Origin: Podarcis cretensis
Lineage: Eukaryota
DNA: 64,000 nt
NCBI GenBank assembly: GCA_951804945.1
Contig: OX638153.1
Location: 51,646,001-51,710,000, forward strand
Direction: 5' to 3'
The position numbers were made by a program, and so were the translations under genes. The notes below the pieces were generated by a model. It searched no databases and was not told the origin of the DNA. It was given only the letters and a program-made list of their open reading frames with translations. Positions 39,053 through 51,245 of this stretch are shown here, one piece after another (position 1 is the first letter of the stretch; the number at the start of each line of letters is the position of its first letter).

Positions 39053-39357
39053 CAGTGGTACCTCTGGTTAAGAACTTAATTCGTTCCGGAGGTCCATTCC
39101 ATAGCTGTCCACTTTTCCCTTTTCTTGCGAGGAATCCTATTTGGAATAAGGGAATTTCTCTTTAAAAAAGGGAAATGTGGACAGCTATGGTCCATTCATA
39201 ACCTGAAACTGTTCTTAACCTGAGGTACCACTTTAGCTAATGGGGCCTCCCACTGCCGCTGCACAGCGGCCACGCGATTTCTGTTTTTATCCTGAGGTAA
39301 AGTTCTTAACCTGAGGTACTACTTGCGGGTTAGCGTTTGTAAACCGAGGTACCATTG
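39053..39357. mobile_element. Tc1/mariner-type MITE of the same family, interrupted by a nested hAT MITE
   Basis: TA|CAGTGGTACCTC...GAGGTACCATTG|TA; aligns to the 53.5 kb copy apart from the insert at 39100-39189. Confidence 0.88.
39100..39189. mobile_element. 90-bp hAT-type MITE
   Basis: TIR CATAGCTGTCCAC(T/A)TTTCCC (19/20 match); perfect 8-bp TSD GTCCATTC at 39092-39099 and 39190-39197. Confidence 0.9.
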
Positions 39358-39489
39358 TACATAGGCACGAAACGCAAGACAGGAAGGTGAGGTAAACATT
39401 TAAGGCAGGAGTTCCAAAACAGTGGCCTGTGAGCCACGATTGGTCTGCAAACTTCATTCAGGGGTCTACGACTTACTGATTTTTAATTA

Positions 39490-39630
39490 TAGATCATTTG
39501 TTTAGAGCATGGTGCTGATAATGCCAAGGTTGCAGGTTTAATACCTGTAAAGGACAGGTGCATATTCCTGCATTGAAGGGGGTTGGACGAGATGATCCTC
39601 AGGGTCCTTTCCAACTCTATGATTTTATGA
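39490..39630 (+). mobile_element. tRNA-derived SINE with CR1-type 3' tail (Squam3-like)
   Basis: Degenerate tRNA head TTAGAGCATGGTGCTGATAATGCCAAGGTTGCAGGTT, then the CR1 end GGTTGGACGAGATGATCCTCAGGGTCCTTTCCAACTCTATGATTTTATGA. Confidence 0.72.
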
Positions 39631-40867
39631 ATTGTATTTTGATTGCTTCTTTAATTTCTAATACTGTAACTTATTGTAGTAATGTTTGATAATGTCCTTG
39701 GGACTGTTTTGATGTGTAATTGCTTTTAATTCTACCTTTACCTTACTACAACTAAAGACTTCTAAATTATGTATATGGAAAATGTGCATCATAATAGCAA
39801 CCGGAATATTTGAATGCCAGAAATAGCTAGCAATTTATAAACTCAAGGCTGTAGGACACAGAAGGATTTGATGCACCTGTGTTATTAACTCTGCTTTCAC
39901 TATGGTTCGTGCCAATCCTGTGTAATTACAGTAAAGGCTTTATTCCTGCTGAGGGCATTATCACTGAGGAGGAATAATCACAATTATTTACAGGGTGGCA
40001 TTTTTGCCAAATAACAGCATTCAAAGATCTTATGCCTCAAAGAGTAAAACTCTGGCTGTGTGACTCTTTCAGGTCAATGAGAAGATATCCCTTGCTGTAC
40101 CAAACATCCATCCATCTGTAAATCAAATTATGCCGTTCAGACAATACTCGAGTTTCCATCCCAGCATGGGGTGCCTGTCATCCTGAGGGAATTCTGGGAT
40201 GAGGTTATTATTTTATTGTAACAACAGTGTTTTCTCTGGAATGCAGAATGCCATTTGGAGCCAGAGACATAAGATTTTTGGTAAGGTTATTCCAGAGCAC
40301 AATTCTGAATGAGTCAAGATAAAAAAAAGCACAAAAAGCTATTTAAAGGCTTTCCCATTGTACCACAGGTTTATTTCTTGTTGTATAGAGATGGTCTTTG
40401 CTTAATTTTCAGGGACGTAACAAATTAAGAATTGAGACTGTGAAGCTCTTGTTTCTCCCTAATGGGTTATTGTCTGCCTCTGGCTGCCGTCTCCTCTGCC
40501 TTTCATTTCCACCCCTTTAAAATATTCTAGTTGACGAATTTGCTGAGGTCAAAAGACACAGGATAAAAATGAAATAATTTTGTAGTAAATTGGATTCTGT
40601 CCTGAGTACTGACAAAAGAACTTTGTTCTCCCAAACATACAGTATGGTTTTGAGATGTTTTGAATTTCGTAAAGAACCAATTATATTTTGTTTCTCTTTT
40701 TCTTTACCAGTCTGTGTGGTTTACTTTATAGGTTTTGTGTTTGATGAATACTGTAAGCTTTTCTTCTTTTTCCTAATTGTAATTGTTTTATCCCCATCTC
40801 TAAATGTTGCGTGATGCTCTTCCATTGTTTATTTTTTTTGTTATTGAGTCCTGTATATTTTTTTATA

Positions 40868-41142
40868 GGGACGCGGGTAGCGCTGTGATCTAAACCACTG
40901 AGCCTGGGGCTTGCCAATCAGAAGGTCGGCGGTTCGAAACCCGCCCCAGCGGGAAGGTAAACGGCATTTCCCTGCGCTGCTCTGGTTCACCAGAAGCGGC
41001 TTAGTCATGCTGGCTACATGGCCTGGAAAAACTGTCTGCGGACAAACGTTGGCTCCCTCAGCCAGTAAAGTGAGAGGAGTGCCGCAACCCCTGAGTTGTT
41101 TGCGACTGGAATTAACTGTCAGGGGTCCTTTACCTTTTACCT
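40868..41142 (+). mobile_element. Sauria SINE with a ~90-bp internal deletion
   Basis: Head GGGACGCGGGTAGCGCTGTG...GGTTCGAA joins directly to ACCGCCCCAGCGGGAAGG; tail CCTTTACCTTTTACCT; TSD CCTGTATATTT at 40850-40860 and 41140-41150. Confidence 0.9.
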
Positions 41143-44100
41143 GTATATTTGCCACTTTATACTTCTTGTCACTGAAAAGTACAAGGTGGCATCTAAAGTT
41201 TATATGTAGCTCTCCATGAATGAGCTGCAAACCTTATCACCAAATGGCCCACAGTGGTAGCGAATCAGACCTTGCATGGATTCTTTGTGTGTAGACTCAG
41301 CCTCTAGGCAGCTCTTTAGCATTTCAAACTAAATATTGCTAGTAGTTCTGCATTCCTCAACAATCTTGACAAGCGAAAGATTAAGCAACTGGTTTTAAAA
41401 AATCTAACTGTAGAGAGAAACATCAATAGATGCTTGAGGGGCCAAAACCTGGAAAGATATTCTTTCACTTGAACTCTGTATTGCTTATGAAATTGCTAAA
41501 CTGGTGACTTAATCCCACCCCTTTGGGATGCATCAACTTGTTTACTTCTGAACACTCAACAGAGAGACAGAAATGGCAGATTTCTCCTCTCATTCGGGAC
41601 TCTTAATCCCCTTAATTTGTTTGCCTAAATTTTAGATGGCCAAGGAGCTGCGATAAACATAAGGATCTCCTAATCTTCTGGCCCAGTATTTACCTACAAA
41701 GATAAGAGGAAAGACCCTATAAACATCAAACCTGAACAGTGACTGAAAGCGGCATGTGCTTTAAAAAATATTCAGAAAATCTTTCTGGTATTTTGTTGGA
41801 TAGAAGTTAGCTTTGCTCAGGAAGGAACCATGAAGAAGCTGCGGAATTTTAATAGGTTAGAGGTTTAGAAAAAATCCCAGTTTTACCTAATTTAATGCCT
41901 TCCACAGTAAAGTTGTATCTCCCTCCCAAAAAAATGGACTTCAAATCTAAGTGTTTATTGTAGCATGCCATTCTGGCATTTGTGAAATGTTTTCAAATAC
42001 TGTGGTACATTTTTTTCATATATGGGATACGGAGACAGATCTAAATTAAGCAGCACAAAATAGTATTGCAATTAGTCTTGGGGGTGTATATATCATGAAG
42101 CGTTTCTGTTTGGTAATGACAGAGGAATCTAGAGACTGGTGGATATTACATTTCCTGGGCAGATAATCAATTTTTCTCTTGCATCGCAGTTTGAAATTGT
42201 GATTTGCATGTAAAACGATTTACTTGGCAGATTGCTGACTAACCACAAGTTTTATAAATGTTTTTAATTCTGATAATCCTTCACTTTAAGATTGCTGCAT
42301 CTTACATGAAACACAGAATCCAAGTATTGCAATGCCTTGCCCCTACTTTGAGTCCACTCAGGTCATTTTGAATTGTGCTCAAAATCTGTCTTACAGGCAA
42401 TATTCTGCTGTTCTAGTTCTGCTAAATTTTCCTCAGGAGTGCAACAAGAGGATTTAAAAGGAGTAAGGATATTGATAAGCACTCATTTCATAACGGGGAA
42501 GCTGTCCTTGATAGAAAATGGACATTCAGATAAGATGACGGATGGATCTGTACTGTGGAGTTCAAAATCAATGCAATTTAAAATAAAATAAAATACATTC
42601 ACCTCATCACTATTACAAGGAGTGTCCTTCATGTTTACCTTTGTATGTATAGTTAACACAGCTGAGTCTACCTTTCTCTGGCTTTTTCGGTGTTATCTAA
42701 TTTGCTTTAGATTTTTACGATTATCTGTACTAGTTTTAGAAAATAATTAGTAAATGTATTACTGGTGGGCTGTAGGAACATGAGAGGCTCCAAGCTGCCT
42801 GATTAATGCAAGCATTTACAAATGCTCAATTATTTTACATGTTTAAAGTGCCCCACATATATCGTGATAACAATCCAAGTCGGAGAGTAAGAGGCACCCC
42901 ATATGGGCTAAGACTGAGAGAGGCTGGTTTGCCCAAGGGGATGTGCTGAGATTTGATGAAGGGATTTTCAGTGTACAACTAAAAATAAATAGACTCACGC
43001 CTTCAACACTGGACAACTTTCTAGGCTTCTCTTGCATTTAAGGCTGTAATTCTGTATCTAGCCGTGAATCTCACTGGACTTAGTCAGCCTTACTTCTGAG
43101 AAAATATGAATAGGAATTGCACTGTAAGTGAACATATAGGGAGTACTGTTGATAGCAGGACACTTCCACTAGGTTTGATAAGATGCATCTAGAAGTTATA
43201 CATATGTATGTTTACAGGGTATCATTCCCTGAATGCAAAAAAGGTGAATTCTAGTATATTTGAGGAGAACAGTAAACCCAAGCATCTATGGAAAATGAAC
43301 AATTTTGTGCCAACCAAAAACAGATGACCAGTAAGCTCCAGCCCCCAATGGCAAGAACCACCAAGAAACCTGCTGTACCTGTAACTGGGTGTGGAGTGCA
43401 GCTGAAAGGAACACAGCTGTGGGCAGCCTAAGGGAGGACCACTCACCTTGGTGCTTGCCCATAAAGATGCAAGCCCTGCCATGAGACAGGAAAGCAGCTG
43501 TAGGTGAAGAGGACAGAAGGAGTTCCTCTTCCCATCTTTTGGAACTGCCCCCCCCCCCCGGTCCACACACCATGTTATTGTTGCTGTTGCGTGTGTAAGC
43601 TGCCCCGTGATATTCGGATGATGGGCGGTATAGAAATTTAATAAGACATTTTAGAATGATTAACCATAAAAAACAACAACACCTACATACAAATTGTGCT
43701 TCTAGGTATCCCCCCCCCCCACACTCTCATTTATTTATTTTTTTAAAGTTCTTTACATAGCTTTTCCATTTCTCCTTGATTTATACATTTTCAAGTAATG
43801 ATGCTCATACATTAATAGGCTGCATGGATCAGAAACTATATTTGTGAAAATGGGTGCCATGTGTGCAGCCCTTGTGGTGGGCTGAGAAAGTAAACAGTTC
43901 CCATTACCAAACTATTATATGCAAACACAGCACCAGTCAAATGCACTCAATACACTTTTGCGGTACTGATAAGTTCTTTGGGACTTAGCAAACTGAACCA
44001 AGGCTCCCTGTACCTCAAACAGATGGTCTAATTGTTGCTGAGGGGACATGAGAATGTCTGCAATTGGAAAATCCACCGCCATGTACATATTTCTCTGGAT

Positions 44101-44442
44101 TGGGCCCATTTAATACATTTTTCAAATGTTTGTTATTTATTTTTTAACGTTTTTTTTATTTACATACAAAAGAGAAATATAATAACAGAACAAAAAAATT
44201 GGAATTATAATAAAACACTCAAACAGTTTTAGTTCTTGGTTTTATTATATAGTTTAATATAGCTTTTCTATTATTAACTATCTTTGTTGTAAAATAATTA
44301 CCAAATATTTCAAACATACTCTGTTCTTTGACTCTGTTCTTTTTATATAAATTTAAAAGATCGCAACCCTTATTGCAGAGATTACATTTCCAAAGGCACA
44401 TTCGACAGTTCACTTAAATATATTCTGGGATTAACTCTGAAC

Positions 44443-44515
44443 CATAGAATCATAAAGTTGTAGTGCTAGAAGGTACACCAAGAGTCATCTAGTCCAACCC
44501 TCTGCAATGAGGAAT
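44443..44515 (-). mobile_element. CR1-type 3' end fragment
   Basis: CATAGAATCATA...GTCATCTAGTCCAACCC is the reverse complement of the CR1 3' terminus. Confidence 0.65.
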
Positions 44516-44989
44516 TTCAATTGGAATGTTCCATGTTAGCGAAAGATGATCTGTTGCTCTGTGTGCATCTCCTCAGTACAATTCAAACCTGACTCTGACA
44601 AAAGCTGAAAGAATCTTGCACTCCTTTGAGAAATTTATCAGATGTATTCGAGTATTCGAGGAAGAGGAAGTAATAAAGCATCTTGAAGTGAGGCAAATTA
44701 AAATCTAGAAATATTGGGAAAGTAGGTTCTCTATACCCTAGCAGCGCTAGCTGTAGGAAGCTTGATTTGTTTCAGGTAGTAGAAAATACAGTATAACTCC
44801 TACAACTGAAACCAACAGGACCTGTTAACGTTCACAACTTACTAAAGTACCAGCAACAGTGGGCAGCTTTTAAATCTGAATATAATTTAAATCTAAAAAT
44901 AAAACAATCTAAATTTAAAATAAAATCACTATACATAAGTTATCTGTGCCCCATGGACCCCAAAGTTCTTAGTATCAAAGCTTCAATTT

Positions 44990-47900
44990 TTTTGTTAATA
45001 TTCATATTTTATTGAAAATATTTAAACAGGATAAAGTGAAGAAATAAAAAAGGAAACAAAAACTGCATATGAAGTACAAAAAGTGAAAAGTTGAAAATGT
45101 GATGGCATGTTAAAAGCCCTTTAATTGCTATATATCACATACAGAATTAAACTGCATTAGCTCAAACACACATTATGCTTGTGATTAAGTCACTATAAGA
45201 AGAGAATATCTTCTTGTGCATCAGAATAATCATGAAAAAGCAGGAGCACGACAAACAAATCAATTACAGTAAAACAACAGTTCAAGATGTTCACTGTGAG
45301 GTTAAATCATATTTCCCCCCTTCATCTTACATAATTTTCTGCCTTCTGGAATATGACTTTCAATTTGAGATTTTCTGCTAATGCATATGCTAGTAAAACA
45401 CAAAAACAAAATCAGTTCCAGACCTATCTTAATTAAGGACCTCAGCCAGTTTATTTTGATTCAGCTTACTCTAGTTTAATGGAAAGTTAAGTAAGTTAAA
45501 GGAAAGCTATCTTCCTCTTCTGTAGCAACAAAACTATATTTTCATTTTATGTCATTTATCTGACAAAGTCTAGGTGCCTTGAAAGAGTTTAAATGTCTTA
45601 ATAAAACAAACCCACATAAAACTGGACTAGACCTTCAAACTATACTTCTAGTCAACTCTGTTAACAAATGAAAATTATAGAGAGATAAACAGAAAACACA
45701 CACAAATAGGATGTCCCAAAGTGAAAAACAGCTTAAGTGATGAGTGGCATTTTTTAAGCACCTGCATAGTTGCTTATTGATTTAGCACAAGTTTAGCATA
45801 AAGTGAACAACCTGCAGTGAGCCTCAGGTTCATGTGCTCCCCCCCATGATCTCCAGGATGATCATGAGATCAAAAGCTTCTATTTCCAATTTCAATCAGG
45901 TAGCGTAGCAGGTTGTCCAAACCATAAATCTGCTTAATGTAAACTACTGTTTGCTTAAGCCAGCCAGCTTCATAAACTATGGTTTTAAAACAAGTTGCGG
46001 TTAATCTAAGCCAGAAGCAAAAGCTTCTGAATTCCTGCTCATGGCAACTGCAGAAGAGGAGGGGAATATGTGATCCTGAGGCTCACTGTGGTTCATTCTC
46101 ATCACATTAAGCTATGGTACGCATGATGTCGGAACCAGGCCAACATGAACCTGTTTATTCAGTTTTATGTCAAGGAGAAGCTAAAATAGGAGGGTGGGGA
46201 ATAACAGCTCAGCAACACACATTTTATTGATTTTGTTTCAGTGTAATGTTCTGAGGCTGACAGAGTATTTGTACAAGTGTACTGCCATTTTTTTACTGCT
46301 TTACTCATAGCTATCAGTGTGGTAGGTAGATTCAATTCGGGAAATCCCCCCCCCCCCTTTTGCTCTAGGGCTTTTTGCTGGACAATCATTCTGACATGTT
46401 TAAAATCGGTATGTCATCAAAGAGGTAAAAGAAATAATCAATAAACTACACTTACACAAACATTCCAAGCTGGAGTCCTTACTTTTCTAAGATTTGACAA
46501 GTGACTGCCAGCCTTTGAAAATGTTTAGACCACAACAACTGCAAGGTCAATGTTGAAAGCTACTTGATCAGAAAGAAAGTGGTTGAAAAATATAGCTGGT
46601 TTTGCAATGTGGGGGAATGGTATGAAGGCTGAAATCCTATATTTACTTACCTTGGAATATCTCCGTTGAACTTACTTCTGAAAAGACTTGTATAGCATAG
46701 TACCCTGGTGTCTGGTTTAGAAATAGCCAATGTAGTGCCTTCCAGCTGTTGTTGGACTTCCAACTCCCATCAGCCCCAGCCAACATTGATGAAGGTCAGA
46801 AATTATTTGAGTTGTAATCAAATCCAGAAGGAATCACTTTAGTGACTACTTAAAGTGGCCTACTTAAACTGGTTTTTCAAAAGTGTTAGCGATGCAGCCA
46901 CCTTGCTGCAACTGAACAAGTCCGGAATGCTTATGTAAAGGTCACCTGGAAACCACATGTATCCCATCTTGAGTTCTATGATGGAAGCAAGGCTAGATAT
47001 AAATGTATTAACTTAATATTAATAACTACTAAATTATACTCTGAATCCATTCTATACCACTAATTTAAAATTATTTTCCACACTCTAAACTAAGTCTCCA
47101 ATCAAATGCAGTAAAATAAATATAAGTAAACTTAAGAAGATAATGCAACATTTGGCCTTTTTGTAGAAAGCAAATGGCAAATTATCACCTACCCTTAATG
47201 GCTTTTATACAAAAGCAATAAATTCACCTTTACTCATAAAAAAGAGGCAAACTAACATTGAGTCCAGAAGAAAGTTATTTTTAGATTCTACTAATAACTT
47301 TTTTTTTTTAAAAAAAGGTTTGAATAAGAAGATTTGTGAGCATGTACTCACAATCATATACAAGGACATCTGGCTGTTAACCTATATTAGCCTCTCGGTT
47401 TGAAAAAGTTTATAAAACAGCAGACATTTAAAAAGCTCCAGTGCAGCTTGTTAGTCCCTAAACATAGATGTATATAAAATAGATACTGAGAGATTAAACA
47501 CAAAATTCAAGTCTAGATTTTAAATACTGCAGTGCACATATGTTGCATTTCAATAATCCTAATTCTACTGATAGCCAACAAAAACTTTGTTGCAGATACA
47601 CAGAATTGCTTAAATCAATATTTTTAGTATCCTGTCCACTGGGAATGGACAGAGACCATTAATTTCCTGAGCTAAGAGAACAGTTTGACTTAGTGGAAAG
47701 TTCTTTGAAAAACAGAAATCTTTTTTAAACCTAGTGATTGAAAACGTGTGAACTAGTTCCTGGATTTTAGCCAACAAAGAATTAAAAAGAGCATTGTAAA
47801 AAGGCAGAAAAATTTACATTATTAAAAAAATGAATTACTAATCACTTGTCCTTGTCTTGTCACTCTGGAATAGAGCATTTTTCTCTCTGTATTAAAAAAG

Positions 47901-49601
47901 CTTTCAAAAAGCAAAGAAAATTCTGTATCTATTATTTTTTTGTCACATGCATGAACTTACTTAGGAGTTCTGAAACCTGGCCTTAATGATAGGCCAGGAA
48001 GGCTGCTGAACTATTCAATTTTTAGACAGTGCTGGAAGGAATACTGTTATTTTTGGTATTAGAGTGACCTTTTAACTCTCTGCTATGCTGGCAAGTGATT
48101 GTGAAGAGGAAAAAAAGCTATACCACACCATATGGTTTCTCCTTCAAACACAAACATTAAACAATTCTTCAGCAACATCTTAAGATAGTTTTAGAGCAGG
48201 AAAAGTCTCAGACCAGTATTCTAGCAATTTAACTTCCGAGTGCTAGTGAAGCTGTGAAGTAGTTGAGAAGAATGGTCATTTCAATTAACATGCTGCTCCA
48301 AGTATATTAAATATGATTTTTCATAGCTTTTGCACAGGAAGATATGCCACTTCGGTGCACATCATTGTGCATATGTGTATCCAGATCTGTCTCTTCAAAC
48401 ATATATAAGATGCTTATTTTGAAAAGCCTTTTACAATTGTGTTTATTCAGGTTTAACATTTTTGCTTTTCTTTATGTAAGGCTGGTGGCAACCAAATGCA
48501 AAGATTATTGATTTACTTCCACTGAGCTTTGTGTTAAATCCATCATAGACTCCAGCAACTAGTAATTTTGTGAACAATGATTTTAATGGCCTCTTGGAAG
48601 AACTTGAGTATTATTAACAAATCAATGATAATGATGCCCCAAGACTTTCAAAGTAACATATAAATCTAAGTGATGCTATCAAAAACTGAAATGCCTTTTG
48701 TAAAGCATAATGGTGCTAAGGAAACATGTCCATAGCTTTGAATAAAGTCTGGCATAGATACAAAGTGTGGTCAATGTCCATTCGGTTTTAACACAGCACT
48801 GCCAAAAATCTGAACAAAAAATCTTAATATTAGGAAATAATAAAATAATTAGCCTAAAACAATTAAATACTATTCACCATTATATGTGAATAGACATGGC
48901 AGTTAGCGAAAAAATACAGAATGCCACTGCTAAGTAGATAGGTAATAGAAAACAAACATGGACCCCTCATAAATTGTTATCCAGAAAACATAAGGCATAA
49001 GTTAGTTTTATATAACTGAGCTTATTTGCATAAAAAATATGCCTAGCTCACTTTAGGATCATTTCAGAATACACCAGTTCCTTAAATACAAAATATTATG
49101 GGGAAAACATAGTGTTTTTAATCGAGAAAAATATATATCCACATTTCAACCATTTATTCCAGGAGAAAAATACACTTAGGCTTTTGTTTAGCTCCAAATG
49201 AATCTGACCATACTTAATAGCAAATTTCTTATATGATATTACAGTACTGGGTTCCTTGTTAAGATTATCCACTATTCACACAATGACCCAAACCCACTTC
49301 TGCATTTATTGCTTATGCTGCAAGAAATAAAGGACTAGAATTTTATTACACTTTGCATGATTCAGCACAATGCATTTCTACTTCATCTGATCACACTTAT
49401 CAGAGTTATTTTCCACAAGCTTTCAAGGTGAACTTGGCACCAAACTACATGTCTAAATTTGTTACACTCTGCTGGAAGACCAGAAGTGAAAAGGTGGGGG
49501 AAGGGGAAAATCGCAAATCAACAAACAATTTATTCCTGTTTTAAAAGTAGGCAGTAGTAAATAAAACATAAATAAGTGCTTTTTTGTTTGCTTTGGCTTA
49601 G
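44990..49601 (-). other. NHLRC2: Putative long 3'UTR of NHLRC2; distal end uncertain
   Basis: AT-rich sequence after the stop codon with minus-strand AATAAA at 49529-49534, 49342-49347, 48442-48447 and 45008-45013, among others. The extent is inferred. Confidence 0.4.
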
Positions 49602-49858
49602 TTAAAATGCATATATAAGCTCAACCAGAGATGTTCTACCTTGGCTTGAATTAGCTATGTGGAAAGTCTGGTTGAATGAGACTCCTTTCATCATGCAGGC
49701 ACTGCTGTCCTTGCTACAGTAATAGAGGCACGCTTTGATTGACAGTACAACTTCAGATGATAGGCAGTTCATGGGTATTCGCAATGGGATTATAGGCTGT
49801 TTACAAATGTCCTCAATTTCTCCGTATGTGTCCTGTTCATGAAGCAGCCATTCACTGC
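49602..49858 (-). CDS. NHLRC2: NHLRC2 terminal coding exon (257 bp to stop; probable exon 11)
   Basis: GSEWLLHEQDTYGEIEDICKQPIIPLRIPMNCLSSEVVLSIKACLYYCSKDSSACMMKGVSFNQTFHIANSSQGRTSLVELIYAF*; LYYCSxDSSACMMK is the NHLRC2 C-terminal motif. Acceptor TTTTTCTAG, stop TAA at 49602-49604. Confidence 0.96.
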
Positions 49859-50606
49859 CTAGAAAAAAAGGTATCCCGTCACTATGTTACGAGTTTTATC
49901 TTAATTTGAATGATGTATTTTCTTCTTTTGTGAAACCTCAATCATAAAATAATATTTTGGTAAGCAAAATATGTGGGCTGGGATTCAAAGAATCAAGAAC
50001 AGAAGGGGGAAACGCACCAGTGCCATTCTTTTGCACCCTTTTTGCAATGGAATATGAGAACATATAAGTGTTACAGTATAAAAAACAGTGAATATGGAAA
50101 AGATGGGCTGTGGTGTATAAACCCTAGTGGTCCATAAATAAGTCTTTATAATGAGCGTGTACAAAGTCTTACACAAGATTTTAAGCAAATCTAGAAACTT
50201 CCCCAGATCTAGGGTCACCTTCCTCACCCAGTGCTCTTCTGCTTTGTCAAAAATGTGGTTTTTTTAGAGTGGGAGAAACTTTCCGCTAGCAGAAGGGCAC
50301 CAGTCCTAAACTGGCAATTTATCTGAAACATTAGAAGATAACATTATGGCCCATAACAATTATGATAATGAAACTACAGCAATTTCATCTTAAATGAAAG
50401 CAAATAGGTCTGACCAGAATCTGGTTTTATCCAATAGGTATGGGATCTTTTTATGTTAAATCTACAAAACAGAAAAGCTACATAGTGATTTACCTTTTTG
50501 ACACAGCCTACTGATTTCAAAATAAATGTACTGTGACAGCTTGGCTAAAAGAGCATTAAAAAACTCAACAGATATTTTACACTAAAAAGCAACTGAGGCC
50601 CCTTAC

Positions 50607-50832
50607 CTTCTGATGTGAGAAACCATGAACTGGGCGCTTCTTCTGTGAGTTTGGTATTTGGAGGAAGGCTGAGTTTCAGTGCAAACTGAAGTGCCTGGCC
50701 AGGGCTCACAGTCAGTGAAGGTAGCTGAAGATTTGGAGCAGATTTAGGCAGCTTTGGTAATTTTGTCTTATCAGTCTTTTGCACAGATGGACCATCCTGA
50801 ATGTCTCCGGTGTTGGCATTCTGGAGAGGTAG
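50607..50832 (-). CDS. NHLRC2: NHLRC2 coding exon (226 bp, phase 0-1; probable exon 10)
   Basis: LPLQNANTGDIQDGPSVQKTDKTKLPKLPKSAPNLQLPSLTVSPGQALQFALKLSLPPNTKLTEEAPSSWFLTSE; the LPKLPKSAP and WFLT motifs match NHLRC2. Acceptor TTTGATAG, donor GTAAGG. Confidence 0.95.
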
Positions 50833-51107
50833 CTATCAAAGAAACAGAAAGGAAAGTTCATTTGTTTTGAAGTATAATGTCATATTCTAAGACTTGGAAA
50901 AGTCACAGCCAACAGTTTGATATTGTTACTGTATAGAAAATATAATAATAACAACCACTGTGAAATCTACCAAACTTCCTTAGGCCTGATCCCTTATTTC
51001 AGAGAACCAAGGCCAAGAGTAGGCACCACGCTCCATTACAATGCCTGGGGAAACTTCTGATAGGCAGTGAGAATGCATAAATTGAGGTGGATTCCCAACA
51101 CTATAAA

Positions 51108-51245
51108 GCAGCCTTTCTCAGTCTTGGGCTCCCAGATGTTGTTGGACTACAATTCCCATCATCCCTGGCTAGCAGGACCAGTGGAAAGGAGGATGGGAGC
51201 TGTAGTCCAACAACATCTGGAGGCCACCAAGATGGCTACCCATTC
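51108..51245. mobile_element. Palindromic hAT-type MITE of a related family, intronic
   Basis: CCAGATGTTGTTGGACTACAATTCCCATC...GATGGGAGCTGTAGTCCAACAACATCTGG arms. Further degraded relatives at about 826-955, 21490-21595, 29330-29420, 36905-37005 and 46720-46830. Confidence 0.75.

Noticed and set aside
39490-39560. tRNA gene
   Set aside because: Degenerate tRNA-like head fused to a CR1 tail, so a SINE. The same applies to the Sauria SINE heads.
40841-41230. 129-aa and 102-aa ORFs here, plus similar ones at 23885-24189, 27685-28248 and 33945-34274
   Set aside because: They are translations of Sauria SINE sequence (KVKGKGPLT... comes from the tail repeat).
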